Below are positions 13,947-23,545 of a stretch of DNA of 37,643 nucleotides, one piece after another. How positions within the stretch are numbered: the stretch's first letter is position 1; the number at the start of each line of letters is the position of its first letter. Under the pieces are notes generated by a model. That model was given only the letters and a program-made list of their open reading frames with translations, ran no database searches and was not told where the DNA came from. Both the position numbers and the translations under genes were made by a program. Origin of the DNA: a virus; IMG/VR virus record IMGVR_UViG_3300043958_000061, positions 1 to 37,643 of that record, one strand, 5' to 3'.

Positions 13947-14293
13947 ATCCGGCAGAGGTGGCGGCGCTGCTCACCTACGCCTCAGCTTTTGATGGCAGGC
14001 GGGTGAGCGCAGAGGTTGCGACCGCGTGGGCTGAGGCACTGGATACGGCAACCACGCTCGCTGATGCACGCCAGGCCATCACGGAACATTACGCGGGATC
14101 CTCGGCGTGGCTGATGCCGGCGCATGTGAACGCCAGGTGTCGGGAGTATCGGCGGATACGAGCCGAACGTGAAGCGAGCGAACAGGAGAAACGCGCTCTG
14201 GCAGATGCGCGGTCTAAGGCCGGGATGGCAGAAGAAACCCGGCGAAAACTCAGTGAAATACTCGGAAAGATAGGGAAAAACAATGGCGAATGA
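13943..14293 (+). CDS. Hypothetical protein (replication module)
   Basis: 116 aa. The GTG start overlaps the upstream stop. Confidence 0.55.
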   Translation: MNPAEVAALLTYASAFDGRRVSAEVATAWAEALDTATTLADARQAITEHYAGSSAWLMPAHVNARCREYRRIRAEREASEQEKRALADARSKAGMAEETRRKLSEILGKIGKNNGE

Positions 14294-14804
14294 ACCGATA
14301 GTGACAATCGTAGGGAACCTAACGGCGGACCCGGATTTGAGGTACGTTCAGTCCGGTGTGGCGGTTGCGGGTTTCACCGTGGCATCCACGCCACGCACCA
14401 AGAATCAGCAGACCGGGCAGTGGGAAGATGGCGAAGCCATGTTCGTTCGCTGCAGCGTGTGGCGTGAGTATGCCGAAAACGTGGCCGAATCCCTCGCTAA
14501 AGGGATGCGAGTGGTGGTTATTGGACGTATGACGGTCCGCACCTACAACGACGCGCAGGGGCAAGCTCGTCAGTCCATCGAGATGCAGGTGGACGAGATC
14601 GGCCCGTCGCTACGGTATGCGCGTGCGACAGTTCAGCGTACCCCCAAAAACGCCCCTCAGGCTTCACAGGATCGATTCTCAGGGCCTCAGAGCGGGCATG
14701 CCGGTAACTATGCTTCGGCGGGTTACAACGCGCCACAGGGCGGCACAGGAGATCCCGCTGGCAACCTCGCGCAGATGGACTACCCAGGAGAGCCGCCGTT
14801 CTAA
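14283..14804 (+). CDS. ssb: Single-stranded DNA-binding protein
   Basis: OB-fold N-terminus IVTIVGNLTADPDLRYVQSGVAVAGFTVAS...FVRCSVWREYAENVAESL, a Gly/Gln-rich tail and a C-terminal tip DYPGEPPF. Confidence 0.95.
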   Translation: MANEPIVTIVGNLTADPDLRYVQSGVAVAGFTVASTPRTKNQQTGQWEDGEAMFVRCSVWREYAENVAESLAKGMRVVVIGRMTVRTYNDAQGQARQSIEMQVDEIGPSLRYARATVQRTPKNAPQASQDRFSGPQSGHAGNYASAGYNAPQGGTGDPAGNLAQMDYPGEPPF

Positions 14805-14880
14805 TGAAAAACATTCTCAAAAAGCATTGGATATTCCGCCTACCAAAAGCCACCCACTATAGCAAAGGAAAAGTGAAAAG

Positions 14881-15264
14881 ATGAGCGTCCCAGAAGAAGC
14901 GGTAACGCTCCCACAAGAGCCCACTGACACGTGTTTGCAGTGCTCCCAGAGTCGAAAAACGGTCAAAAGAGATGGAACATATTGCGCGACCGTTTCTGGG
15001 TACGAATATACGGAAATTCAGGACGAATGGCCCCGCCACCATTGGCGGGACTGGTCTGATAAAGAACTCTCCGAGGCTGGAATACATCCGAGCTTATGGG
15101 GCCAAAATCGCCGCACAAACATCTACAACCTTGAGATAGCTGCATGCGCATCATCCTGCATGGAAAACGGTCACGTCTACCCAGATCCGGCAGACAAGTT
15201 TTTCATCGAGGGAACCCAAAACTACTGCATGCGCTGCTGGGGGAAGAGGGAATCAAATGACTGA
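14881..15264 (+). CDS. Hypothetical Cys-rich protein
   Basis: 127 aa with CLQC...C...CMRCW pairs. The leader is AAAGGAAAAGTGAAAAG. Confidence 0.55.
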   Translation: MSVPEEAVTLPQEPTDTCLQCSQSRKTVKRDGTYCATVSGYEYTEIQDEWPRHHWRDWSDKELSEAGIHPSLWGQNRRTNIYNLEIAACASSCMENGHVYPDPADKFFIEGTQNYCMRCWGKRESND

Positions 15265-15562
15265 CATCCCAGAAGAAGCTACAAAAGCCATCGTCGATGC
15301 AATCGCTGGCGGCACGATCAGTGTCCCTGACGGCTATGGCAATCTCGCGACAGACGATGCAGAGAACATTGCACATGCCGCTCTCACTGCCGCTGCCCCG
15401 ATTATCCGCGCGGAGGAAAGGAAGAAGATCGCGGAAGAGATACGGGCCACCAACCTCGGCGCGCCGCTCGTCCTCAACTCCGACGCCACTGCGCGCTTTT
15501 TGACTGGCCCGGAACTACGCGAAAAAATCTGCACATTCATCACAGAAGGGATCGAATCATGA
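15257..15562 (+). CDS. Hypothetical protein
   Basis: 101-aa coupled ORF. Confidence 0.55.
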   Translation: MTDIPEEATKAIVDAIAGGTISVPDGYGNLATDDAENIAHAALTAAAPIIRAEERKKIAEEIRATNLGAPLVLNSDATARFLTGPELREKICTFITEGIES

Positions 15563-15666
15563 ACCCGGCCTGGCTAATCCTAATCATCCCCGCAGCTGCG
15601 ACGCTCGGCTATGCGGCATGCGCGCTCATGGTGACAGGGAGGAAGAAAGACGATGCTGATGACTGA
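15559..15666 (+). CDS. Possible 35-aa membrane peptide
   Basis: MNPAWLILIIPAAATLGYAACALMVTGRKKDDADD, with ATGA coupling upstream. Confidence 0.3.
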   Translation: MNPAWLILIIPAAATLGYAACALMVTGRKKDDADD

Positions 15667-15811
15667 CCGTGAGCGTCTAGCTGACCTGCTCGGGAAGAAC
15701 AAGCTGGAGCGAAACAACGCGCGCCCGTTCTTCGGCGGCGAGACTCTACGTGACGCCCAGATTGACGCCATCGTAGACGTGATCATCGACGACGGGTGGG
15801 GGCGAAAATGA
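15653..15811 (+). CDS. Possible 52-aa protein
   Basis: MLMTDRERLADLLGKNKLERNNARPFFGGETLRDAQIDAIVDVIIDDGWGRK. Its stop overlaps the next ATG (ATGA). Confidence 0.4.
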   Translation: MLMTDRERLADLLGKNKLERNNARPFFGGETLRDAQIDAIVDVIIDDGWGRK

Positions 15812-16290
15812 CTCCCACTCCGGTTCTTGACCCGTGCTGTGGCCCGCGCATGATGTGGTTCGATAAGGACGACGCGCGCGTGACATTCGGTGACATTCGC
15901 GAGGAAACCACCGAGCTATGCGACGGACGAATGCTCACGGTCAGCCCAGATGTCGTGCTGGACTTCCGCGCCCTACCATTCGCCGATGACACATTTTGGC
16001 ATGTCGTTTTCGACCCGCCGCACCTGAAAAACCTCGGCAAGAAATCATGGACTGCCGCGAAATACGGCGCACTCCTGCCCACCTGGCATGAAGATCTAGC
16101 GCAGGGATTCAGTGAGTGTTTCCGGGTACTCAAGCCTCACGGGACGCTGATCTTCAAATGGAATGAAGACCAGATACCTGTCAGTGACATTCTCTCCCTC
16201 ACACCACACAAACCGCTCTACGGACACCGAAGCGGGAGGCTATCCAAAACACATTGGATCGCATTCATGAAAGATGGAGATGATGGATAA
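15808..16290 (+). CDS. Second orphan SAM-dependent (DNA) methyltransferase
   Basis: Motif I-like LDPCCGPRMMW and motif IV-like VFDPPH, which is the opposite motif order to the first methyltransferase. Confidence 0.7.
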   Translation: MTPTPVLDPCCGPRMMWFDKDDARVTFGDIREETTELCDGRMLTVSPDVVLDFRALPFADDTFWHVVFDPPHLKNLGKKSWTAAKYGALLPTWHEDLAQGFSECFRVLKPHGTLIFKWNEDQIPVSDILSLTPHKPLYGHRSGRLSKTHWIAFMKDGDDG

Positions 16291-16432
16291 TCTTCCGATC
16301 CCACGAACCTATGACCTGCCCGTATGCGTACGCTGTGCCGCGTGTGGGCAGGTCGTGGAGCTGACATGGACATTGAGCTGCGAAGGGTATGAGATCTATT
16401 GCGGGAGCTGCTACCAAAAGCACAACATATAG
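16283..16432 (+). CDS. Possible 49-aa zinc-ribbon protein
   Basis: MDNLPIPRTYDLPVCVRCAACGQVVELTWTLSCEGYEIYCGSCYQKHNI, with CxxC...CxxC. Confidence 0.4.
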   Translation: MDNLPIPRTYDLPVCVRCAACGQVVELTWTLSCEGYEIYCGSCYQKHNI

Positions 16433-16487
16433 TGTATGAGTGGGCATTCTACCACTACATCTAGTAGGATCAGGGAGGGAGGCGTTG

Positions 16488-17240
16488 ATGGAAACCACTG
16501 CTGGAATATGCCCAATAACCGGCGAGCCACACATGACTAGCCTCCAGGCCACGCTCCACACAGTCATCCAGCTTGCTGCGACGATGCCGGATCCGCACGC
16601 AATGATTCTCGGAATCCGCGCCGCGGACCCTTCGCGTTTTGGGCACGGCGGTGCATCCGATGGCCTGCCCTTCCGTTTGGATACGACGATCGACTACTGG
16701 GACACTGAGACGGGCGACGTACGAGGAATCCGCACCAAGACCGGGATCCATGACTGGGCCGCAACCTGGGCAGCATCCTGGTGGTCCTGGTCTGACGACG
16801 GTTCACCTAAACCCTCCGGAGACATGCTGCAATGGCTCGCGTCCCGCCTCGCCTGGGCAGAACGCTGCTATCCCGCAATCGACGAGTTTGAAGACGAGCT
16901 AACCTATGTCCTGCGAGTCCTCGAACACGCACACGGACTCGACCCAATACCTACCGATCGAACCTGTCCCTCATGCGGAGGACAGCTACAGCATCGCGTC
17001 ACGTCCGAGGGAGTCTCGCCCGAATACGACTGCGCAGGATGCGGAAACCAATACTCGAGCGACGGACTAGCGGTCATGCGCCGCAACAGGATCCTCCACT
17101 CCGACGAGTACGTCACCCGTGACGAAGCCGCCGCCATCCTCGGCGTCAACAGATCAACCATGCGATCATGGATCCGCCGCGGACTACTCAAAGAAACCAA
17201 CGGCCAAATCAGGCTTGACGAGGCAACACGCCTCATATAG
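16488..17240 (+). CDS. Zinc-ribbon plus C-terminal HTH protein (candidate late-gene regulator)
   Basis: CPSCGG...CAGCG and the C-terminal VTRDEAAAILGVNRSTMRSWIRRGLL (excisionase/MerR-type HTH). The RBS GGGAGGGAGG precedes ATG 16488. It is the last gene before the packaging module. Confidence 0.6.
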   Translation: METTAGICPITGEPHMTSLQATLHTVIQLAATMPDPHAMILGIRAADPSRFGHGGASDGLPFRLDTTIDYWDTETGDVRGIRTKTGIHDWAATWAASWWSWSDDGSPKPSGDMLQWLASRLAWAERCYPAIDEFEDELTYVLRVLEHAHGLDPIPTDRTCPSCGGQLQHRVTSEGVSPEYDCAGCGNQYSSDGLAVMRRNRILHSDEYVTRDEAAAILGVNRSTMRSWIRRGLLKETNGQIRLDEATRLI

Positions 17241-17535
17241 AGGTTGCGCAGGCTGCAGGAGTGTGCAACGCTTGTGAGTGGAAAAGTGTGAGCACCCCCA
17301 GGGATGTCACACTCCCGGCATCCGCCCACTGAGGCGTTGAGGCCAGACCCCCCAGACCAAGGTGAGCGGACTGGGGGATGCTTCTATCTCCGGACGTTAG
17401 CGATTCTCTCGAGGACACCTTCTCCACCCGACCTAGTGGGTCGACGCAAAACTCTCGTTGCTCATGCCATCCGGAGTCGCGGCGTGTTAGGCCGCTGGTC
17501 GGTGCCCTATGTGGACAGGGAGGATGGAACTGCCT

Positions 17536-17880
17536 ATGCGTAGATGTTCCGCCCGCCTCTGCCCTATCCTCATCCCAGACGGCACACGCTACTGCCCACA
17601 ACACCAGGCCGCATATGAAGCCAGACGCGGCGCATCCACACGGCGCGGCTACGATGCTAGGCACCGGAAGCTACGAGCCCAGTGGCGCACTCGGATAGAC
17701 CGCGGTGCACGTCCATCATGCACACGCTGCGGCAAACCCATCGCGCCGTTCGAACCATTCGACCTTGATCATGACGACAACGATCGTCGCCGCTGGCTCG
17801 GCCCAGCCCACCAGTACTGCAACCGATCAGCAGGCGGGCAGCGAGGCGCAACAGTCAGCAACCAGACACGACAGCAATGA
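17536..17880 (+). CDS. HNH endonuclease (terminase-associated type)
   Basis: RGYDARHRKLR...CTRCGKPI...DLDHDDN...HQYCN. It lies directly upstream of the terminase genes. Confidence 0.8.
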   Translation: MRRCSARLCPILIPDGTRYCPQHQAAYEARRGASTRRGYDARHRKLRAQWRTRIDRGARPSCTRCGKPIAPFEPFDLDHDDNDRRRWLGPAHQYCNRSAGGQRGATVSNQTRQQ

Positions 17881-18152
17881 CCAACAGCAAGTTCTTCTTG
17901 AAGAGCAGTCCTGAGAGTAAAAGAACGCATAAATGCTCAACATAAACTCGCAGGTCATAGGCTCACACAGGCATCCCGGGGGGAGGGGGCGACCGTCAGC
18001 CTGGCGCACCGCCGGTCAGGAGTGAAAAATGCGCGGAGGGTTCAAAACTTCCAGATAGGCGCCGTGGCGGGCGCTTTTCCTATTTTCGTGGCAGGTGCGA
18101 TGCCTGCCGGTATCCGACTGGCATGCGATATGCCTCGAGGTGGTGAATTTTG
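17881..18152. other. Candidate cos / packaging-recognition region
   Basis: 272-bp non-coding gap between the HNH and TerS genes. It contains a G-rich block CCCGGGGGGAGGGGGCGACCG, the hairpin GGCAGG-TGCGATG-CCTGCC and a repeated TGCGAT(A)TGCCT. Confidence 0.3.
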
Positions 18153-18683
18153 ATGACTAGTGGTGGAGCTCGTGTAAAGTCTGGGCCTGCTCGCGACCCG
18201 AATTCTGGGCGGTCTGAGAAGCTGGGTGTTGTTTTCCGGCAACTCCCGGTTGAGGGGTTCAAGGGGCGTATTCCACGGTTTCCTTTGCCGAAAATGGATT
18301 TCGGTTTCTTCACGAAGGACGGCGAACGGATCGATGACGCCGAAGGATCGGAATCGTTTGCTCGTCGTGAGAGGGAATTGTGGAGGTGGGCGTGGCGTAC
18401 TCCTCAGGCTGTGGTGTGGTTTGAGGAGTCGTGGCGGCAGTATACGGTGGCGATGTGGGTGCGTACGGCTGCGATTTGTGAGACTCCTCGGGCTACTGCT
18501 GCGGATAAGACTGCGATGCTTCGGTTGGCTGATCAGATTGGTTTGACGCCGGCGGGGTTGGCTGCGAATCAGTGGCAGGTCGGCAAGGCGGCGGACTGTA
18601 AAACTCCTGATGGAAATCCGGGAAGGGCCCGTTCGTCTCGGTCTCGTGTGAAACTCAAGGTCGTGGGCGATGGTGGCGCCTGA
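18153..18683 (+). CDS. Terminase small subunit
   Basis: N-terminus GGARVKSGPARDPNSGRSEKLG is typical of actinophage TerS. It lies directly upstream of and overlapping TerL. Confidence 0.75.
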   Translation: MTSGGARVKSGPARDPNSGRSEKLGVVFRQLPVEGFKGRIPRFPLPKMDFGFFTKDGERIDDAEGSESFARRERELWRWAWRTPQAVVWFEESWRQYTVAMWVRTAAICETPRATAADKTAMLRLADQIGLTPAGLAANQWQVGKAADCKTPDGNPGRARSSRSRVKLKVVGDGGA

Positions 18684-20304
18684 TGAAGAGCTCGTCATCG
18701 ACTTCAATCCACTACACACTCTTGGCTTCCTGGTGACTGACTGGGTTGAACATCATTGCATGGTTCCCTCTGGCGTGTATGAGGGGCAGTCGCTTGTTTT
18801 TCGTGGTTGGCAGATAGCGTGCACCGTGAATCACTATCGGATCAAGCCGAGAGCCACGTTCAACCCGGAGAGGATCCTAGCTCCATTCTTTTATCGTCGT
18901 TCGGTGATTGTGGGGCCGCAGAAGTCGGGTAAGTCTCCGTGGGGTGCGGCGATGATCCTCGCCGAAGCGGTTGGTCCGGCGTTGTTTGCTGGTTGGGCGA
19001 AGGGTGGCGAAAAGTACCGCTGCGAAGATCACGGCTGTGGCTGTGGGTTCGAGTATGAGTATTTGCCTGGCGAGGCGATGGGGATTCCCCGCAGTAAGTC
19101 TTTGATCGCGTTGTTGGCTTTCGCCGAGCAGCAGACAGCAAACGTGTATGGGCCTTTACAGACGATGATCCATAGCGGGCCGCTGGAGGAGATCCTCAAG
19201 GTTCGTGAGGGCTTTATCCGCCTACCAAATGGGGGAAAGATTGTTCCCCTGTCGTCGGCGGCGAAATCAAAACTCGGGCAGCCGCTCAATGGTGCGCTCG
19301 CGGATGAGTCCGGCTTGTATACGGCGCAGAACAAGGTGTTGGAGACGTGGCAGACGATGCGTCGCGGTGTTGCTGGTATGCAGGGGCGGACGATTGAGCT
19401 TACGAATCCGTGGGATCCGATGGAGAACAGTGCGGCCCAGCAGGCGTTTGAATCTCGTCAAAAGGATATTTATCGGTATTACCGGAAACCGCCGCAGGAT
19501 TTGTCGTACAAGAATAAGCGTGAACGGCACAAAATTCATGCGTATGTGTATGCGGACTCTCCGTGGGTTGATCCGGTAGGTATTGATGCTGAGGCTGCCG
19601 AGCTTGTGGAGACTGATCCTGTGCAGGCGGAACGGTTTTTCGGGAATCGCCTGGTGCAGGGCCTTGGCTCGTTCATTACAGAGTCTTTGTGGGATTCGCA
19701 TACTGATGCGAGTCGTGTGGTTGCTGCTGGTGAGCCTGTTTGTGTGGGGTTTGATGGGTCGAGGTCTGGGGATTGGACGGCGATTCGCTGCGAAACCTTG
19801 GATGGGTTCCGGTTCACGCCTACTTATGGCCCGGATAAACGTCCGGCGTTTTGGGATCCGAAGGATTGGCCTGAGGAGCGGATTCCTCGCGGTGAAGTCG
19901 ATGCTGCCGTGCATGAAATCTTCAGCAGATACAAGGTTTCCCGCATGTATGTGGACCCTCGGCATTGGGAGACGCAGGCAGACCGGTGGGCGTCCCTTTT
20001 CGGGGATGACGTTGTTGTGCAATGGCCGACGAATCAGATTTCGCGAATGTTCGATGCTCTTGTGAGATATCAGGAGGATTTGCATGAGGGTTTGACGTCG
20101 CATGACGCGGATCCTGACGCGAGGCTGCATGCGTTGCATGCCCGGAAGGTTGCTAAGCCGGGTGACAAGTTCATTCTGGGCAAGCCTGCCGAGCATATGA
20201 AGATCGATATTTTGATGGCTGATGTGTTGGCGCATGAGGCTGCGTCGGATATGCGGGCGCTCGGCTGGAACGAGAGTGAGCCGATTGTTTTTGACTGGAG
20301 GTGA
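18670..20304 (+). CDS. Terminase large subunit
   Basis: 544 aa with a Walker A-like VGPQKSGKS. Its position relative to the portal fits. Confidence 0.9.
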   Translation: MVAPDEELVIDFNPLHTLGFLVTDWVEHHCMVPSGVYEGQSLVFRGWQIACTVNHYRIKPRATFNPERILAPFFYRRSVIVGPQKSGKSPWGAAMILAEAVGPALFAGWAKGGEKYRCEDHGCGCGFEYEYLPGEAMGIPRSKSLIALLAFAEQQTANVYGPLQTMIHSGPLEEILKVREGFIRLPNGGKIVPLSSAAKSKLGQPLNGALADESGLYTAQNKVLETWQTMRRGVAGMQGRTIELTNPWDPMENSAAQQAFESRQKDIYRYYRKPPQDLSYKNKRERHKIHAYVYADSPWVDPVGIDAEAAELVETDPVQAERFFGNRLVQGLGSFITESLWDSHTDASRVVAAGEPVCVGFDGSRSGDWTAIRCETLDGFRFTPTYGPDKRPAFWDPKDWPEERIPRGEVDAAVHEIFSRYKVSRMYVDPRHWETQADRWASLFGDDVVVQWPTNQISRMFDALVRYQEDLHEGLTSHDADPDARLHALHARKVAKPGDKFILGKPAEHMKIDILMADVLAHEAASDMRALGWNESEPIVFDWR

Positions 20305-20307
20305 GAT

Positions 20308-21639
20308 ATGGCAGTCATTCCGTTGGAGGATTCTTATCTCTCCATGATCCGGAAGGTGCAACAGTTTCTCGCTGAACGCGCGGTCTACGACTCGAAGATG
20401 CTTGCTAACTATGAGGGGCGTGCGCGGCTTGCCCATCTCGGGCTAGCTGTCCCTCCCGAGCTCTCTGCGTTGGAATTGGTCATTAATTGGCCGCGGATTG
20501 TGGTCGATTCGATTGAGGAGCGGCAAAACGTTTCCCGTATTACGGTGACCGGTGATCCGGATGCCGCGCGTGAGATTGCGATGATTCGCGATGCTAATGA
20601 TCTGGATGCAGAATTGTCGCTCTGGAAGCGTGACAGGTTGGTTTATGGGCGCGCATTTCTGTCCGTGGGCTCCAATGAAGATATTGCCGGTTTACCGATA
20701 ATCCAGGTTGAGTCCCCTCGTGAGGTTGCAGTAAAGATTGATCGCCGGCATCGTCGTGTCGCGTACGCTGTGAGACTGTCCGAGGTTGACTCGTTCGGGA
20801 ATCCGGCGTTGGCGACGATTTATCTTCCTAATCAGACGGTTCTTGCTGAACGCCGTAATGGCAGTTGGGTACAAACGGATGTCGATGAGCATCATTTCGG
20901 TATTGTTCCGATAGTCCCGTCTTTCAACCGTCGCATGACTGGCGAGTGGGTTGGGCATTCGGAGATGGAAGATATTATCCCCATCACTGAGGCGACGATC
21001 CGTACAGCTACGGACATGCAGGTCGCTATTGAGGTGGCTGCGTTGCCGAAGAATCTGATTGCCGGCGCGAAGAAGGAAGATTTTGGCGGCAACATGGATG
21101 GCTGGTTCAACTATCTGCGACCATTCCTCGCCTTGTCTTCGTCGGATGCGAAAGGTTTCCAGTTCACTGCGGCAGATTTGGAGAACTTTCACGGGACGAT
21201 CGAACTGTATGGGAAGCTTGCGGCCTCGGTTACTGGTTTCCCGGCGCATTATTTCGGGATGACGACCGTGAATCCTGCGGCCGAGGGCACGACAAACAAT
21301 GAGATGGAACGCCTCGTTGGCCGGGTGGAGCGTGTAAACAGTGAATCTGGTGGCGCGTTGGAAGAGGCGTTGCGGTTAGCTGTCAATCTGACAGGGCGTA
21401 CTGTCCCGCGTGGCATGGTGAATGTGGATTGGAAGAATCCCGCATATACGACGATCTCGCAGTTGGCTGATGCGATGCAGAAGCTCGCTGGTGGAGTCGC
21501 GTTGATTTCTCGTGAAGGTGCCTGGGACGAGATGGGTTGGGATGATGCTCGCAAGGAGCAGGAGCGTGCCTATTTTGAGGAGCAGGCGTCTAATCCTGAA
21601 ATTGAGGCACTGAATGCGAAGGTGAATAGCCTTGGTTGA
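20308..21639 (+). CDS. Portal protein
   Basis: 443 aa, immediately after TerL. The RBS is GGAGGTGAGAT. Confidence 0.8.
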   Translation: MAVIPLEDSYLSMIRKVQQFLAERAVYDSKMLANYEGRARLAHLGLAVPPELSALELVINWPRIVVDSIEERQNVSRITVTGDPDAAREIAMIRDANDLDAELSLWKRDRLVYGRAFLSVGSNEDIAGLPIIQVESPREVAVKIDRRHRRVAYAVRLSEVDSFGNPALATIYLPNQTVLAERRNGSWVQTDVDEHHFGIVPIVPSFNRRMTGEWVGHSEMEDIIPITEATIRTATDMQVAIEVAALPKNLIAGAKKEDFGGNMDGWFNYLRPFLALSSSDAKGFQFTAADLENFHGTIELYGKLAASVTGFPAHYFGMTTVNPAAEGTTNNEMERLVGRVERVNSESGGALEEALRLAVNLTGRTVPRGMVNVDWKNPAYTTISQLADAMQKLAGGVALISREGAWDEMGWDDARKEQERAYFEEQASNPEIEALNAKVNSLG

Positions 21640-22978
21640 GGTTCCCGCCTCCGTCGAGGCGCATTACCGGCATGTGTTGAAATGGCAGGTTGTGGCGTTG
21701 GGTTTAGGGTCGCGGTCGTGGGCTGAGGTTGCCCCGAACGCGATTTCAGAATCCTGGGCTCAACAGATTGCTCCATTGAAGAACGGATTTGAGAGGCTTC
21801 GTCGGTCGGTAGCTGTCGATTCGGCGATCTATACACCGTTGGCGCTCGTCGAGCAGGATTCCTACCAGGCTGCGGATGCGTTTGTGGACGTGGATGCGTT
21901 CATGCCAACACTCGCGACAGGTGGGGATCTTGAAGAGGCTCTCTACGTGCCAGCTATTCGGACGAAGGAAGCGATCGGACGTGGCGTTGGCGTCTCCGAG
22001 TCTCTTGAGATCGGTAAGCAGGCTCTCTATGGGGTCCTGACGAGCGCACTCGCGGATACTGGCAGGCAGGTTGGCGGAGTAACGGTGGCAGCGCGTCCCA
22101 ATGTGGGGTATACGCGGATGCTGAATCCCCCGTCGTGTGAACGGTGCGTGGTTCTCGCGGGGCGTTTCTACCGTTGGAATACAGGGTTTCTTCGCCATCC
22201 CCGCTGTGATTGCGTGCATGTTCCAACTGGCGTGAAATCGACTGCTGCGGCGCGAGCTGAAGGCCTGATTGATGACCCGTACGAGTATTTCAATGGGCTG
22301 TCAAAGGCTGAGCAGGACAAGATTTTCGGTAAAGCGTACGCGCAAGCGGTGCGTGACGGCAGCGACATTTTCCAGGTTGTGAACTCGAAACGAGGACGCC
22401 TCAAACATGGACTGTTTACGACTGAGGGGACGACGCGGCGAGGCTATGCGGGTGCGAAGCTGAAACGAGGTCAGAAGCGCCTCACGCCGGAAGGGATTTA
22501 TAGCCTGGCGGGCAAGGAGAATCTGACCCGCGAGCAGACGCTTTCCCTGCTTGAGCAGCACGGCTATATCCTGCCGGGCGGACAGAATCCCGCCGGGTCG
22601 ATACGAGGGCAAGCACAAGGCTTCGGGGCGATGGGGCGCGGCGGGACGCGTAGGAACGCTTCAAATGCTGTCCTGGAGGCGAACGCTACCGGCGTCCGCG
22701 ATGGCTCCGTGTACACGATGACGGAAGCAGAGAGGCGCCTTGCTTATGCGAAACGCGACTATGAGGAAACCTTGCAAGGGTTGAACCCGTACACGGAGGC
22801 TGCGATACAGCGCCGTCAAGGTGTTCGTGCATGGTCGGTGGATCGTCCACTGACAGATACGGACAGGGCGCGTGCTGAGTCGTGGTATCAGGCGATGCAG
22901 TCCACGGATGGACAACTTTATCTGGCTGACGGCACGGACGTTCGCACGCTTTACAAAGAACTTCGGGACATGAATTGA
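21632..22978 (+). CDS. MuF-like / SPP1 gp7-family head morphogenesis (minor capsid) protein
   Basis: PPSCERCVVLAGRFYRWNTGFLRHPRCDCVHVP is the characteristic Cys/His motif. It lies after the portal and has a TTG start. Confidence 0.75.
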   Translation: MVEVPASVEAHYRHVLKWQVVALGLGSRSWAEVAPNAISESWAQQIAPLKNGFERLRRSVAVDSAIYTPLALVEQDSYQAADAFVDVDAFMPTLATGGDLEEALYVPAIRTKEAIGRGVGVSESLEIGKQALYGVLTSALADTGRQVGGVTVAARPNVGYTRMLNPPSCERCVVLAGRFYRWNTGFLRHPRCDCVHVPTGVKSTAAARAEGLIDDPYEYFNGLSKAEQDKIFGKAYAQAVRDGSDIFQVVNSKRGRLKHGLFTTEGTTRRGYAGAKLKRGQKRLTPEGIYSLAGKENLTREQTLSLLEQHGYILPGGQNPAGSIRGQAQGFGAMGRGGTRRNASNAVLEANATGVRDGSVYTMTEAERRLAYAKRDYEETLQGLNPYTEAAIQRRQGVRAWSVDRPLTDTDRARAESWYQAMQSTDGQLYLADGTDVRTLYKELRDMN

Positions 22979-23051
22979 AAGTCCTGATAATAACCAACCG
23001 AAATCTGGTGCGATGCCAGGTTTTGTTCCCCAGCGATTGGAGAAAACGATC

Positions 23052-23522
23052 ATGTCTGAATCAGTAACTGAAACTGAATCAACTCTCGAAGTTGACGAAC
23101 TCGGCGAAGGTGGCAAGAAGGCATTGCAGAGCGAGCGCGAGGCTCGCAAAGCTGCCGAGAAGGCTCTTGCCGACGCCACTGCGAAGTGGGAGGCGGAGAG
23201 GACGGCGCTAATGAAGCAGGTGCAGGAGGCGTCTGATGCTGCGTCGAAGGCGCAGGTTGATGCTGCGAGGGCGTCAGTACTCCGAGCGAAAGGCGTCCCG
23301 CCTGAGCTTGAAAAGTTCGTTGTTGGTTCGACAGCGGATGAACTGGGAGTGAGCGCCGATGAAGTGCTTGCCGCGTTCCGTCCTGCTCCTTCATCCACAG
23401 ACCAGGCAGAGGTGTCGAAACCTTTGGGGATGCGTCCAGACATGACACAAGGAGCGTCGAGCGCGGCGCTTAATTCGGACGAGCTCGAGCAAAGCCTTAG
23501 GGCTGCCGTTGGGCTTGTTTAA
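23052..23522 (+). CDS. Scaffolding protein
   Basis: 156 aa, acidic and Ala/Glu/Lys-rich with predicted helices. It lies directly upstream of the major capsid gene. Confidence 0.7.
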   Translation: MSESVTETESTLEVDELGEGGKKALQSEREARKAAEKALADATAKWEAERTALMKQVQEASDAASKAQVDAARASVLRAKGVPPELEKFVVGSTADELGVSADEVLAAFRPAPSSTDQAEVSKPLGMRPDMTQGASSAALNSDELEQSLRAAVGLV

Positions 23523-23545
23523 AACTACCGCTCAGGAGGAGCATT

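Noticed and set aside
18042-18719. 225-aa minus-strand ORF antisense to the small terminase gene
   Set aside because: It is a Pro/Arg/Ser-rich shadow ORF overlapping a recognisable TerS gene in a uniformly rightward operon.
19267-20436. 389-aa minus-strand ORF antisense to the large terminase and portal genes
   Set aside because: Its composition is Arg/Pro/Leu-rich and low-complexity, typical of antisense frames in GC-rich DNA. It lies entirely inside well-supported + strand genes and has no RBS context.
22661-23443. 260-aa minus-strand ORF across the MuF and scaffold genes
   Set aside because: It is a Ser/Ala-rich antisense shadow spanning two + strand genes and the intergenic RBS, and has no signals of its own.
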